Of a stretch of 64,000 nt of DNA, positions 48,999-58,909 are shown piece after piece. Numbering within the stretch: the stretch's first letter is position 1; each line of letters begins with the position of its first letter. The stretch is taken from NCBI GenBank assembly GCA_030390025.1, contig CM059432.1, positions 122,266,001-122,330,000 on the forward strand, in the 5' to 3' direction. The position numbers and the translations under genes were made by a program. The DNA comes from Squalus acanthias. Lineage: Eukaryota. The notes below the pieces were generated by a model that was not told the DNA's origin, did not search any database, and worked only from the letters and a program-made list of their open reading frames with translations.

Positions 48999-50810
48999 TC
49001 ATGGGGCACTATTAGACGGTCCTGCGGCACCTACGGGGCCGGTTGCGACCGCCACCTGTCCACGCGCATTCAAAACCATCTTGCGCATGGCTCCTAACAC
49101 TGCTTCGAGGTCGTCGGGAGAGGTGGGTGCCTTTGCTTCCTTAGGCGGGACAGGCGCCTGGGCTCGGACCGCGGGATTTTTATCCTTGGAATCCTTCCAA
49201 GGGTTCCTGCAGTGCTTGCGCCAGTGCCCTGTCTTCCCACACCCGTAACAGGCATTACTCGCCTGTGGGGCGCGATTACCCTCCTGATGCCACTCTCTTT
49301 GAGCTGGGGCTGCGGGTCGTACCTCATGTACTCTTCCCTTAAAGGGACGTGTCGTCATACCCCTTATGTTACGGTAACCTAACGTGAGTCGATTCAAGAC
49401 CGACTCTTCCGTAAGGTTGAGGTCATTGGGATCGAACCAGGCTTTTGCCTGCTCTCTAACGGCTGGTAAACTGTTGGCTATTATGCACCTAAGCCAATGA
49501 ATTAAAGCGGCGCCTTCCACATCTTCGCGCTCGGGCGCACCTAGACAGCTGCGCTCATATACTGGCCACAGCCTGTCGGCAAAAACCTTCGGGGGTTCTC
49601 CCTCCATCTGCACTGTCTGTCCCACTCTAGCAAACGGACCTCCGTCGTTCGCCCCCACTACTTCTAGGACCTCATTTTTCAATTCCTCATAACTTTTGTT
49701 TCCCCTCTTGCTCTCGCCTGAGAGACACTGAAGGACCGAGCTGTCTAATGAGAACAGCAGCATTTTTGCTGTCTCCCCATCATCGCAGCCGTTAATGGCT
49801 GCGGCTTGCTCAACTTCCCTGAAATGTACGGAAGGGTCGTCTATCTCGGTCAGCTTCCTTACGTGGTTTATCATGGCTCTCAGCTGATGTGAACTGTGAG
49901 GCAACACCAGCTGTCCGAGGAGATCCCCCGGTTCTTCCCCACCGTTTCTGCTTGGGCCCCTTTTAATCCCCGTTACTGGATACAACGATCCCTTTTCTAC
50001 TTCCTTCTCAATGGGCTCTTTTGTTTCTTCCGTTGCTTCCTCCCTAACCCAGGTTTCTGAATAGCTGGGTGGCGCGGAGGGCGCAGTGGCTACTACTTCT
50101 TCTGCTTTACTTGGTGGGGAATTTCTAAATCTCTCATTTACTAGCGGCTGGCGCGCCGACAGATTGATAAGGCATACCATGCCGTTCGCATTATTCACGG
50201 CCTTTTTGAGGCTCTCTATCTCTTTTTGGCAGGCGCTATGGTCGGCTCCCTGAAACTTATCCTCAAGGGCCAACTTATACGCCGACCTAACCCCCATTAA
50301 GCTCTCTTCTTGAGTTCTTATCTGGGCAGCTTGGCGGTTACATCTTTCCTTCATCCTACTCTCGTTCAATTTTGCTTCAGTGATCTGGCACTCGAGATAC
50401 TCTACCCTTGTTTTAAGGTAACTGGAGACTTCCTGGCTTTCCTGGCGTAACTCATTTAAATTCTTAATGAGCACCTCCCCTCCAGAAACCTTCTCCTCCA
50501 TTTCTCCCTCTAAATGGCTGATACGAGCTGTTAGCGCTGTAATGGTCTGGTTTGAAATCTGAACCTGCCTTTTGTAGCACATAAGCCAGACTGCTTTCTC
50601 AACTGCCTTTTTATGCTCCTTACTATCAGTCCACCTTTCAGCTGCCTCTAGTGGGCTCTTATCCGCTAACAATTCGCTTATCCACTTTTTAGTTAGATTA
50701 ACCTTTCCAAACACATAATCCGCTATCTTTTCCTGCATAACATTTCGTACAGTCATTCCAAAATCTAACACACTACCCTCTCGCTGCCAGTGTCCTGCCG
50801 CGGGCGCCAT
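48999..50810 (-). CDS. gag: Gag polyprotein (coiled coil, late domain, capsid-like region, CCHC zinc knuckle)
   Basis: 603-aa open ORF; CYGCGKTGHWRKHC at 49209-49250; PSAPPSY at 50061-50081; position between PBS and pol. Confidence 0.9.
   Translation of the reverse strand: MAPAAGHWQREGSVLDFGMTVRNVMQEKIADYVFGKVNLTKKWISELLADKSPLEAAERWTDSKEHKKAVEKAVWLMCYKRQVQISNQTITALTARISHLEGEMEEKVSGGEVLIKNLNELRQESQEVSSYLKTRVEYLECQITEAKLNESRMKERCNRQAAQIRTQEESLMGVRSAYKLALEDKFQGADHSACQKEIESLKKAVNNANGMVCLINLSARQPLVNERFRNSPPSKAEEVVATAPSAPPSYSETWVREEATEETKEPIEKEVEKGSLYPVTGIKRGPSRNGGEEPGDLLGQLVLPHSSHQLRAMINHVRKLTEIDDPSVHFREVEQAAAINGCDDGETAKMLLFSLDSSVLQCLSGESKRGNKSYEELKNEVLEVVGANDGGPFARVGQTVQMEGEPPKVFADRLWPVYERSCLGAPEREDVEGAALIHWLRCIIANSLPAVREQAKAWFDPNDLNLTEESVLNRLTLGYRNIRGMTTRPFKGRVHEVRPAAPAQREWHQEGNRAPQASNACYGCGKTGHWRKHCRNPWKDSKDKNPAVRAQAPVPPKEAKAPTSPDDLEAVLGAMRKMVLNARGQVAVATGPVGAAGPSNSAP
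50792..50809 (-). promoter_or_regulatory. Primer binding site
   Basis: TGGCGCCCGCGGCAGGAC, 5 nt downstream of 5' LTR; first 9 nt match tRNA-Lys(UUU)-type PBS TGGCGCCCGAACAGGGAC. Confidence 0.7.
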
Positions 50811-50814
50811 TTTC

Positions 50815-52531
50815 TGTAAGGGATTTCTCCTGCCCTGCGTGTCTCGTCGCCTGTGAGATTCACGCGGCTCTGTGCAGCCTGTATGTCAGTGCGGGTCTAG
50901 GCCTGGTTGCCTGTTCTGGTCTCCAGCCAGTCTGGGAACACTAGACACACCTGTGAGTGGTTCGAATCACTCTCCCTTACGGTTCTAGACACTGGACTTA
51001 GATGCGAGAGCAGTAATGGAGATAAAACTCATGTAGACTTGGTTTGAATGGTACGAAATGGAAAATCTTTATTGCATGATACTTAAAATTATGAAATACA
51101 TGTCATACGCACAGATTAATGACAGTACAATCTTACAAACGGTTATAATCAATCTTAGGGAAACGAGGAACGAACGGCACAACGTGAATAGGGCACACAT
51201 TACAAATATCCTTAATCTTTACACCCTCCCCTATCAATATCTATCCTAAACTAGCTTCGTAGGATCTCGAGACTCATGCTCACCACTCGTAATAACTCGG
51301 AGAAATTCCGAATAGCTGATCGGATGTTTTTCACCGCAGCACCCACGTGTCGGTCAGGAGATCTCCTGGTCCCACTTGTTTACTTGCTTCTGCTGCTCCG
51401 GCTAGTAGGCTGGACCGTCTGCTGTAGTGAAGACCTCTGTTGGTGGACTTCACAGTTTAGTCGAGGAGCACCGTTGTCAATATCATTGATACGATGTGTT
51501 TGCACAGTCCAGTTATCATTGATGCAATATGTTTTGTTAGAAGTTTAAAGAGGAAAACTTCCTGGCGAGAAAACTTGGCTGATCGACCTACAGGCGCGGT
51601 CGGGATTTGCTGACCGTGGCGATGGATATGGTCTTCTTCTCTTCTCCTCTCATCTCATCTCATCTCATCTCATCTCGGGCCTTTGGTTCCGCTGCCAGTT
51701 ACCAACATAGGTCTTCGTTACGCGACACGAGGTAGATCCGAACGGATCAGAAAGTTCAACAGTCTTTTCAGAAGAGGCAACAGGCACGCAGAAGCCCAAC
51801 TACGAGCACACAGGAGCAGCCACGAGGTTACGAATCGACCGGATAAAACACAGGAGCAGCCACGATGATAAAAGCAGCAAGCGAGCAAGAGGCAAGAGAG
51901 AGAATGGACGGTTTGGAGCCTGCAATTATAGTGCAAAAATCTTCCGTTTCCCGCCCAACTATAATGTCCATTCTTTTGTTTAGGGTTTGGCGCCCAAATG
52001 TCTTGTATGGGTGATCTCCGTCCTTAATGGGTTTCGGGGCTACTCATGAATGTTTGAGTACCTGTTAATATTTCTCCCATTGTTAAATCGGTCGGTGTTC
52101 TCCCTGGAGGGGTTTGGGGCTTCCAAGTGTCCTGTATAACTACCTGCTAACGGCTCTCTCATCGTAGAGCCGTTGGGAGTTTACATATTAATGTCCTTTG
52201 GATGGGCCCTTAAGTACTTGGTACAATGGCTTTCCTTTGTACCTGGGAGACCGATTCCAGTATCTATGTTTATACTGTAAACCCATAATGTCTCGTGTAT
52301 TATCTTCACTGTGCTGAATCGTTATCGATCTTGCAAAAATGTTTAATGGAACGCCATCTTGTCTGCCTGTTGAAAGGTCTAGAATGTTCTGTCACGAGGT
52401 GCGGCGGCCATTTTACAGGCTGCTTGTGTCCAATTTAAACCTGACAGCATTCTGCTGAAATAAAAGCTGTTTGAACGAAACTTTGTGTTTTCTCCTTATT
52501 AAGCAAATCGCGATAAATTGCGAATTCTACA
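50815..52531 (-). repeat. 5' LTR (1717 bp)
   Basis: Near-identical to 39693-41408; by eye one 1-bp indel and two substitutions. Confidence 0.95.
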
Positions 52532-52788
52532 CAATGCACATCCCCTTTAAGAAGTGCTGGCTGCCTTTCAGCTGTGTCATGGCCTCCCGATATCCTGCCC
52601 CCCTCCTGCCCCCCATTCATGCGTGCAGCCAAAGAACAGCGCGGGCAGCGCTGGCTGCACGCAACAATGATTTTAATGAGCAGGCAGCACAGATTTCACC
52701 TGCTGCCTGCAATGCTATGAAGTGGCAGGGGTTAATTGCGCACTGCGATCCCAGCGCATGTTCTCCCGCACTATTGAATTTCTAGGCC

Positions 52789-53200
52789 TCTGTGTGTCTC
52801 GGCGTGCTTTCTGCGTCTGTGTGTCTCGGCGTGCTTTCTGTGTCTGTGTGTCTCGGCGTGCTTTCTGCGTCTGTGTGTCTCGGTGTGTTTCTGCATCTGT
52901 GTGTCTCGCCGTGCTTTCTGCATCTGTGTGTCTCGCCGTGCTTTCTGCGTCTGTGTGTCTCGCCGTGCTTTCTGCATCTGTGTGTCTCGCCGTGCTTTCT
53001 GCATCTGTGTGTCTCGCCGTGCTTTCTGCATCTCTGTGTCTCGGCGTGCTTTCTGCATCTCTGTGTCTCGGCGTGCTTTCTGCGTCTGTGTATCTCGGTG
53101 TGCTTTCTGCGTCTGTGTGTCTCGGTGTGTTTCTGCCTCTGTGTGTCTCGGTTTGCTTTCTGCCTCTGTGTCTCTCGGTGTGTTTTCTGTGTCCATTTGT
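52789..53200. repeat. 27-bp minisatellite (CTGCGTCTGTGTGTCTCGGCGTGCTTT)n
   Basis: About 15 tandem units; produces spurious repetitive ORFs on both strands. Confidence 0.9.
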
Positions 53201-53835
53201 CTCTGTGCCTATTTCCGTGTTCATATGGAGCTGATTTTGGCATCACGGGAGCTCACTGACATGACTCTCATTCAGCTTTTCACCAAGGAGACTCTAATTA
53301 CCCTCAGCAGTTCCCTGGCTCAGCAAAAGCTCAGGCACATGAATGAAGCACAAATGAGAGCGTTAATAAAGTTCCTCAGTCTTTAAAAAAAAACAAAGCT
53401 GCACTTTCTTGGGAAATTAAGTAGTTTTTGTGCAAACCTTGCAGAATCTCTTTTCCTTCATTGAATTATAGAGCAATTTACAATAGCTCTTTATGCCATG
53501 GGATAGTATATATGAAACACTGCTGGCTGGCTTAAGTTATATATTGCAGGGTGGAAACCATCCAGGTTGTCAGTAATTGCTGCAGAGCAAATAGACAAAA
53601 CTATATTGCACTGCACATTCAGTTAAACGGAGGAAAAAGCCGATTTTAGCCCCACCGTCATTTTCCCCTCCCTTTTCTCAGAAGCAGAACAAACGAGAAT
53701 TGATGGTAGCCCAGCACAACGAAGAGTGAAGCTGCTCCGCAGCTGATAGAACCCGAGTGGTCTATTCATCTGATAATCTCCTCACTGGATCAATGGGCAA
53801 ATCATTAAGGTAAATGAAAAAAGGGGACACATATA

Positions 53836-55475
53836 GGGGGTGATTTGGGGGAAAGGCTGAAAACAGGCACTAAGTGGGTGCTGTGCTAATAATACACGTC
53901 TGTTTGAATGTTTGGTTTCAGCTCACAATTTTGGGGCTAACTGATGATTACCATGATTTAAACATCCCTGGAGGCACTAAAACGGACACTTGCATGTTTA
54001 GCACTCAAGCGCTAATTAGGAGCAATTTTCCTGGAGCAGTATATGTAGCCTCCATGCACCCACTTCCACTGAAGGTGTGGAGTGCGCTGCCTGACACACA
54101 ACGGCACGTATCAGGATGGCTCAGGGACCGAGGGAGAGGACGCACAGGTTCTCGAACGTGGCACTGGAGGTCCTGGTGGAGGAGGTCCAGTGGAGGAGGG
54201 ATGTCCTGTGCCCGCAGAGGGGAAGGAGGCCACAGAGGCAAATAATGTGGCGGATGTGGCAGGAGATCGCTGGGGAGGTCACAGCCAGGAGCCCTGCCCC
54301 CAGGACATGGCTCCAGTGCCAGAAGAAATTTAACGATTTAACACGAGTGGTCAAGGTAAGATCCCATCTCGCAAACACACTTCTCAATAACTGCACCACC
54401 ACCAGCATCACAACCTCAACACACTGCATCCACCATCTAACTATACACTGACATTCACACAATCCACACTATTGCATCCTTCACAGGTGCTACTCACACC
54501 TCAGGCACTTCTCTCAGCTCTTCTACCATGTGAGGCATCAGACACACACAAACACACCTGGCAATACACTCATTCACAATCACCACTCTTTCTCTTCCAG
54601 GACAAGATAGCATGTAACAGGGGGCAGCAGGATCTGACTGGGAGAGGGGAAGCACGACTGCATGAGGTCACTCCCCTTGAGGAGGCAGTGCTGGTGGTGA
54701 TTGGAAGGGGAGTGACAGACGCCGTGGCCACAGGCAGAGCAGGTGCCATCTCACCTAGAGGTATGTGGTCACTCCAGCTTCCTTAAATATCCACAATTAT
54801 TCCTGATCCCTAAATCTCAAACTTATCCTCACTCCCAAGCTCCATATGGTCTCATCACACACATCCTCCGAAAGTGGCCACACGCGCTGCACCCTAACCC
54901 TTCTAGCTTTATTATTGCTGGAAAGTGGTGATTAGTACTGGACGAAATACAAAGATCACAATGAGAAGGCATCAGAAAGACACATTGGACCTCATTGCAC
55001 CTCTTTTATGGCTGTAAAATGGGCGCAACGAAGGCCAATTTCTGGGACCAATGTCCCACACCCAAAGGACGCCTGAAAGATGTCCGACCCAATATTGTGT
55101 TGTGCCATTTTTCAGGTGTTCCTGAAAGAATTGTGTGGCCCCTTACATATGCAAATGAGGGGTCTAATGCATGTTTCAGGCACCTCTGGGAAACTGGACA
55201 TCGCAGAGCGGAGTAGGAGCCGCGTGTGCTCTACTCTGCATCCTTCAGTCGCCGCAGCAGCCTAAGTATTAGCCGTCAACAAAAGGCGAGCTTGTTTTTA
55301 AACATTCCTGTGGCGCTCGGAATGCGTCTCTGAGTCCACAGTATCCTGATCACCCATACCTCTCCCCATTGCTGCTCCACCTCCACGCCCCCTCCCCCCC
55401 AACCCCCCTCTTCCCCTAGTACTTACCTTTGACCCTCTGCCAGCAAGAAGACGGATCTAAGGCAATTTCACCCCC
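53836..55475 (+). mobile_element. PIF/Harbinger-derived element
   Basis: Termini GGGGGTGATTT / AATTTCACCCCC; contains Myb/SANT exons. Confidence 0.6.
54116..54760 (+). CDS. Harbinger Myb/SANT-like protein, exon 1 (54116-54355) and exon 2 (54601-54760), both open
   Basis: MAQGPRERTHRFSNVALEVLVEEV...RTWLQCQKKFNDLTRVVK|GTAAG; TTCCAG|DKIACNR...TPLEEAVL...|GTATG; phase-0 compatible; downstream exon not found. Confidence 0.6.
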
Positions 55476-55639
55476 AAGGTGAGTAAAAAAACTTCAAATT
55501 AGAAGGGGACACCACACATGCCAACTGTTAGCATTTCACACAGGCAGAGTTTGGGGACCCGTTCCACGTCAATGTTTGTTGACAAAACACAGCTTGGACC
55601 TGGACCTTTCTGACTAACTGATGCTGTGTTTGCTAGTTC

Positions 55640-56200
55640 ACCTTGTTCTCCACAGACAACCGGAAACAGCAGGACAGGGCTCTGGGGTTTGCATACATTG
55701 CAGGCTTCCCCCAAGTCCAGGACATCATTGACTGCACAGAAATCGTCATGAGGGCCAACTGCCTCATGAACCGCAAAGCCTTTCATTCCCTTAAGGAGCT
55801 GGTGTGCGATCATGCAGATCTGTGCACACTTTCCTAGCAACTGCTATGAAGCTTTCATATTGCACTCACCCTCCATTCCCCACACTTTGCCCCCGCACAG
55901 CTGGCTGCTTGGTAAAAGGCCATGCCTTACACATGTGGCTCATGATTCCTGTAAGGGCGCCACGCTCACTTGGCGAACTACGCTACAACCGGGCCCATTT
56001 ACAGCTCTTATCGAGTTTGACCGGTCTGGTGGCTTTCTCCAATACAGCTCAGAGAGAGTGTCCCGTATTGTTGTGCATTGGAGACAACACATGGAGCTAC
56101 CATTGGATGAGAACCTTCAAAAAGATGATGAAGGTGACACAGATGGCGTTGAGGATGGCGAAAAAGTGGGAGGACAGTCAAGATTCAGAAAAGGGCCGAC
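55640..56200 (+). pseudogene. Harbinger (HARBI1-like) DDE transposase remnant
   Basis: IAGFPQVQDIIDCTEI, MNRKAFHS, LVCD, WLMIPV...YNRAH, DRSGGFLQYSSERVSRIV across shifting frames. Confidence 0.75.
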
Positions 56201-56238
56201 AAAGTAAATAGGATCCTGACCTTCATGTGCCTTATTGG

Positions 56239-56897
56239 AGGAGATTTTAACCCACCCTGCCCAGTAGGAATGGTGCGGGCGCACAGTAAAATTCACCTTC
56301 GAAAACTTACCGCCCGTTTCTGCTCCATTGTCACTCATCATCACCTTAACTGGGCCCTTGTTTTTGGCAACCGAGGCGTCCGCCTGACTCAAGTAGGAGC
56401 CTCATTCATACTTGCAAATTGGGATATGATGTCATTAAGACCCCAATGGCATTTTAACCACTGACTGAGTGGGATGCCCACCGTAGCCCCTCCTGCTCAG
56501 TGAAACCTGGCCTCCAGGAAGAAGGGGCTCTATCAGGGAAATGTTGAATTTTTCTTAGTGCGGCTAGGAATACCAGGAGTTCCAGGGCTCTGCTGCCACG
56601 GGTTCCCACCAGCCCCCTTTCAACCTGTGATACCCTGCTGAAACCCCCTCACAAAGACTTACCTGAATGCTGGTGAGCAGCCTCCAGGTGGCCAAAACTT
56701 CACTTGCTGACAGTCAGCTGGCTACCCCCTTATATCTGTTTTGGGCAGGTGCCTGACTGGCAAGATGGAAATGAGGCCTAGGAGTTAGCCTAGGCCTCAA
56801 ATTAATATTGGGGGGCAGGGGAGGGGGGTGGGGGGTGGAGGTGTTGACGCTTGTCCTGCACACACCCACCTCAAATCTCCCAGTTAAAATCCTGCCC
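56239..56897. mobile_element. Harbinger-type MITE
   Basis: GGAGATTTTAAC / GTTAAAATCCTGCCC termini. Confidence 0.5.
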
Positions 56898-56944
56898 ATT
56901 AGTTGAATGCACCCTCCAATTCTTGTTAATTTAGTCATTGACCT

Positions 56945-58320
56945 AGGAACATAGGAAGAGGAGTAGGCTAGTTAGCCCCTTGAGTCTGTTCCACCTTTTA
57001 ATTAGATCATGGCTGATCTGTACCTTAACTCGATCTACCCGCCTTGGTGTTGTAAGCCTTGATATTCTTGCCTAACAAAAATCTACTAATTTCAAATATG
57101 AAATTTCCATTGACCTATCCTTAGCAGCTTTTTGAGGGTGAGAGTTCCAGATTTCCACTACCCTTTGTGTGAGGAAGTGCTGTCAGACCCCTGAACATCC
57201 GAGCTCTAATTATAAGGTTATGCACTCTTGTTCTGGACTTCTCCACCAGAGGAAATAGTTTCTCTCTATCTACCCTTTGATCATCTCAGACACCTCAATT
57301 AGATCACCCCTTAATCTTCTATACTCGATGGAACGTAAGACTACTCTATGCAATCTGTCCTTATAATTTAACCCTTTTAACCCCGGTATCATTCTGGTGA
57401 ATCTGCGCTGCACCCCCTCCAAGGCGTGTATATCCTTCCTGAGGTGCGGTACCCAGAATGAAAGCAGTCACTCCAGATGTAGTTTAACCAAAGCTTTATA
57501 TAACTGCAACATAGCTTCCACCCCTTTGTATTCCAGCCCCCTTGAGATGAAAGCTAACATTCCATTAGCCGTTTTAATTATTTTTGTTCCTGTCCGCTAG
57601 CTTTTAGTTATTTCTGTACTTGGACTCCTAAATCTCTCTGCTCATCCATCTCATCATTTAGAAAATACACTGTTCTATGTTTCTTAGATCCAAAGTGGAT
57701 GACCTCACGCTTTCCCACATTGAACTCCATCTGCCACAATTTTGCCCACTCACTTAATCTCTCAGTGTCCCTTTGCAACTCTCTGGTCCCATCTACACTG
57801 TTTACTGTGCCACCTAACTTGGTGTCTTCAGCAAACTTGGATACACAGCTCTCTATTTCTTCATCCAAGTTATTTATAAATACAGTGAAAAGCTGAGGCC
57901 CCAGTACAGAATCCTGGGGGACACCACTAGTCATAGCCTGCCAATTAGAGTACATACCCATTAAACCTACTCTCTGTCTTCTACCTCCTAATCATTTCTC
58001 TATCCAAGCCAATAGGTTGCCTCCAATTCCATTTTTGTTAACAGTCTCTTTTGTGGAACCTTGTTGAATGCCTTCTGGAAGTCCATATAAATAGCAGGCA
58101 TAGAAACTCCCTTATCCACCATGTTTGTTACCTCCTTATAAAATGCAATTAGTTTTGGTAGACATGACTTACCCTTTATAAATCCATGCTGGCTCTCTGA
58201 CCAGTTCATATTTGTCCAAATGCTCAGTCACTCTGTCCCTAATAACAGATTCTAGTAACTTCCCCACAACTGTCGTTAGACTAATAGGCCTATCATTTCC
58301 TACTTTATCTCTCTTACTCT
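56945..58320 (-). mobile_element. CR1 family B LINE RT fragment, degenerate
   Basis: SQHGFIKGKSC, YMDFQKAF, SGVPQDSVLGP, SKFAEDTKLGG; tail at left end. Confidence 0.85.
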
Positions 58321-58909
58321 TCATATATAATGGAGAGACCTTCCACACTGTTGAATGGCAACTTCTGGAAAAAATGTCGTATTCTCTCTAGGCACTCTGT
58401 GGACCTGTGCAGTGATACAGCACACTGGAGCAGACTGGACCGTATCTGTGATTCTCCAAATCATGAATTCCATTGCAGTGCCAAAGATTAGATGGTTACA
58501 GGTGGTTATTGCCTGGGGGGAGGCCACGTGCCTGCCTTTTTGCCTCGTGATGCTGTAATGAACCGGAATACTCAGGTATTGGAAAGAGGGGTTAAGGAAA
58601 ATTGCAAGATAAGCTTCTTGCATATAATGTGCTGAAACTTGGGCCATGTTTTGTGCTGAGGGGAAGTGTAAGACAGGGGGCCTGACGTCTTTAAACAAAC
58701 TGAATTTTTTGTTCTATTCTGTCCAAAAATGTTTTGCTTTAATTACTAAATATATAAAGAATACTATTAAAAAGGAAAATGCAAAAACATAACTTTCATC
58801 TGTATATTTGTAATAATAGGTTCAGGGACAACAATATGTACCTGAGGTTTATCCTGGCTTTTAATAACTTATTTTCAGAAAGTCATTATGTAAACTATAC
58901 TTAGTTTAG

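Larger units (their letters stand above)
39693..52531 (-). mobile_element. Endogenous retrovirus-like provirus (lokiretrovirus-like; LTR-gag-pol-env-LTR)
   Basis: Paired LTRs, TSD CAAT (39689-39692 / 52532-52535), PBS, PPT, gag/pol/env ORFs, tether + RNase H, F-like env. Confidence 0.93.
36809..52788 (-). mobile_element. PIF/Harbinger-derived element hosting the provirus and a SINE
   Basis: Perfect 12-bp TIR GGCCTAGAAATT / AATTTCTAGGCC with 3-bp TSD TCT; internal Myb/SANT exons; both flanks are the same TC/TG-rich tract. Confidence 0.7.

Noticed and set aside
39693..52531. Foamy virus assignment (long LTR, YVDD, Lys-like PBS)
   Set aside because: Gag has a CCHC knuckle, pol is in frame with gag, no bel/tas ORFs, Env is F-like; needs phylogeny to exclude fully
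39688..52535. 5-bp TSD ACAAT
   Set aside because: Would remove the terminal A of the CA end shared by both LTR copies; 4-bp CAAT preferred
52789..53200. CRISPR-like array
   Set aside because: Tandem units without unique spacers, no cas genes, eukaryotic context
52715..53386. Several 140-170 aa ORFs on both strands
   Set aside because: Artefacts of a stop-free 27-bp minisatellite
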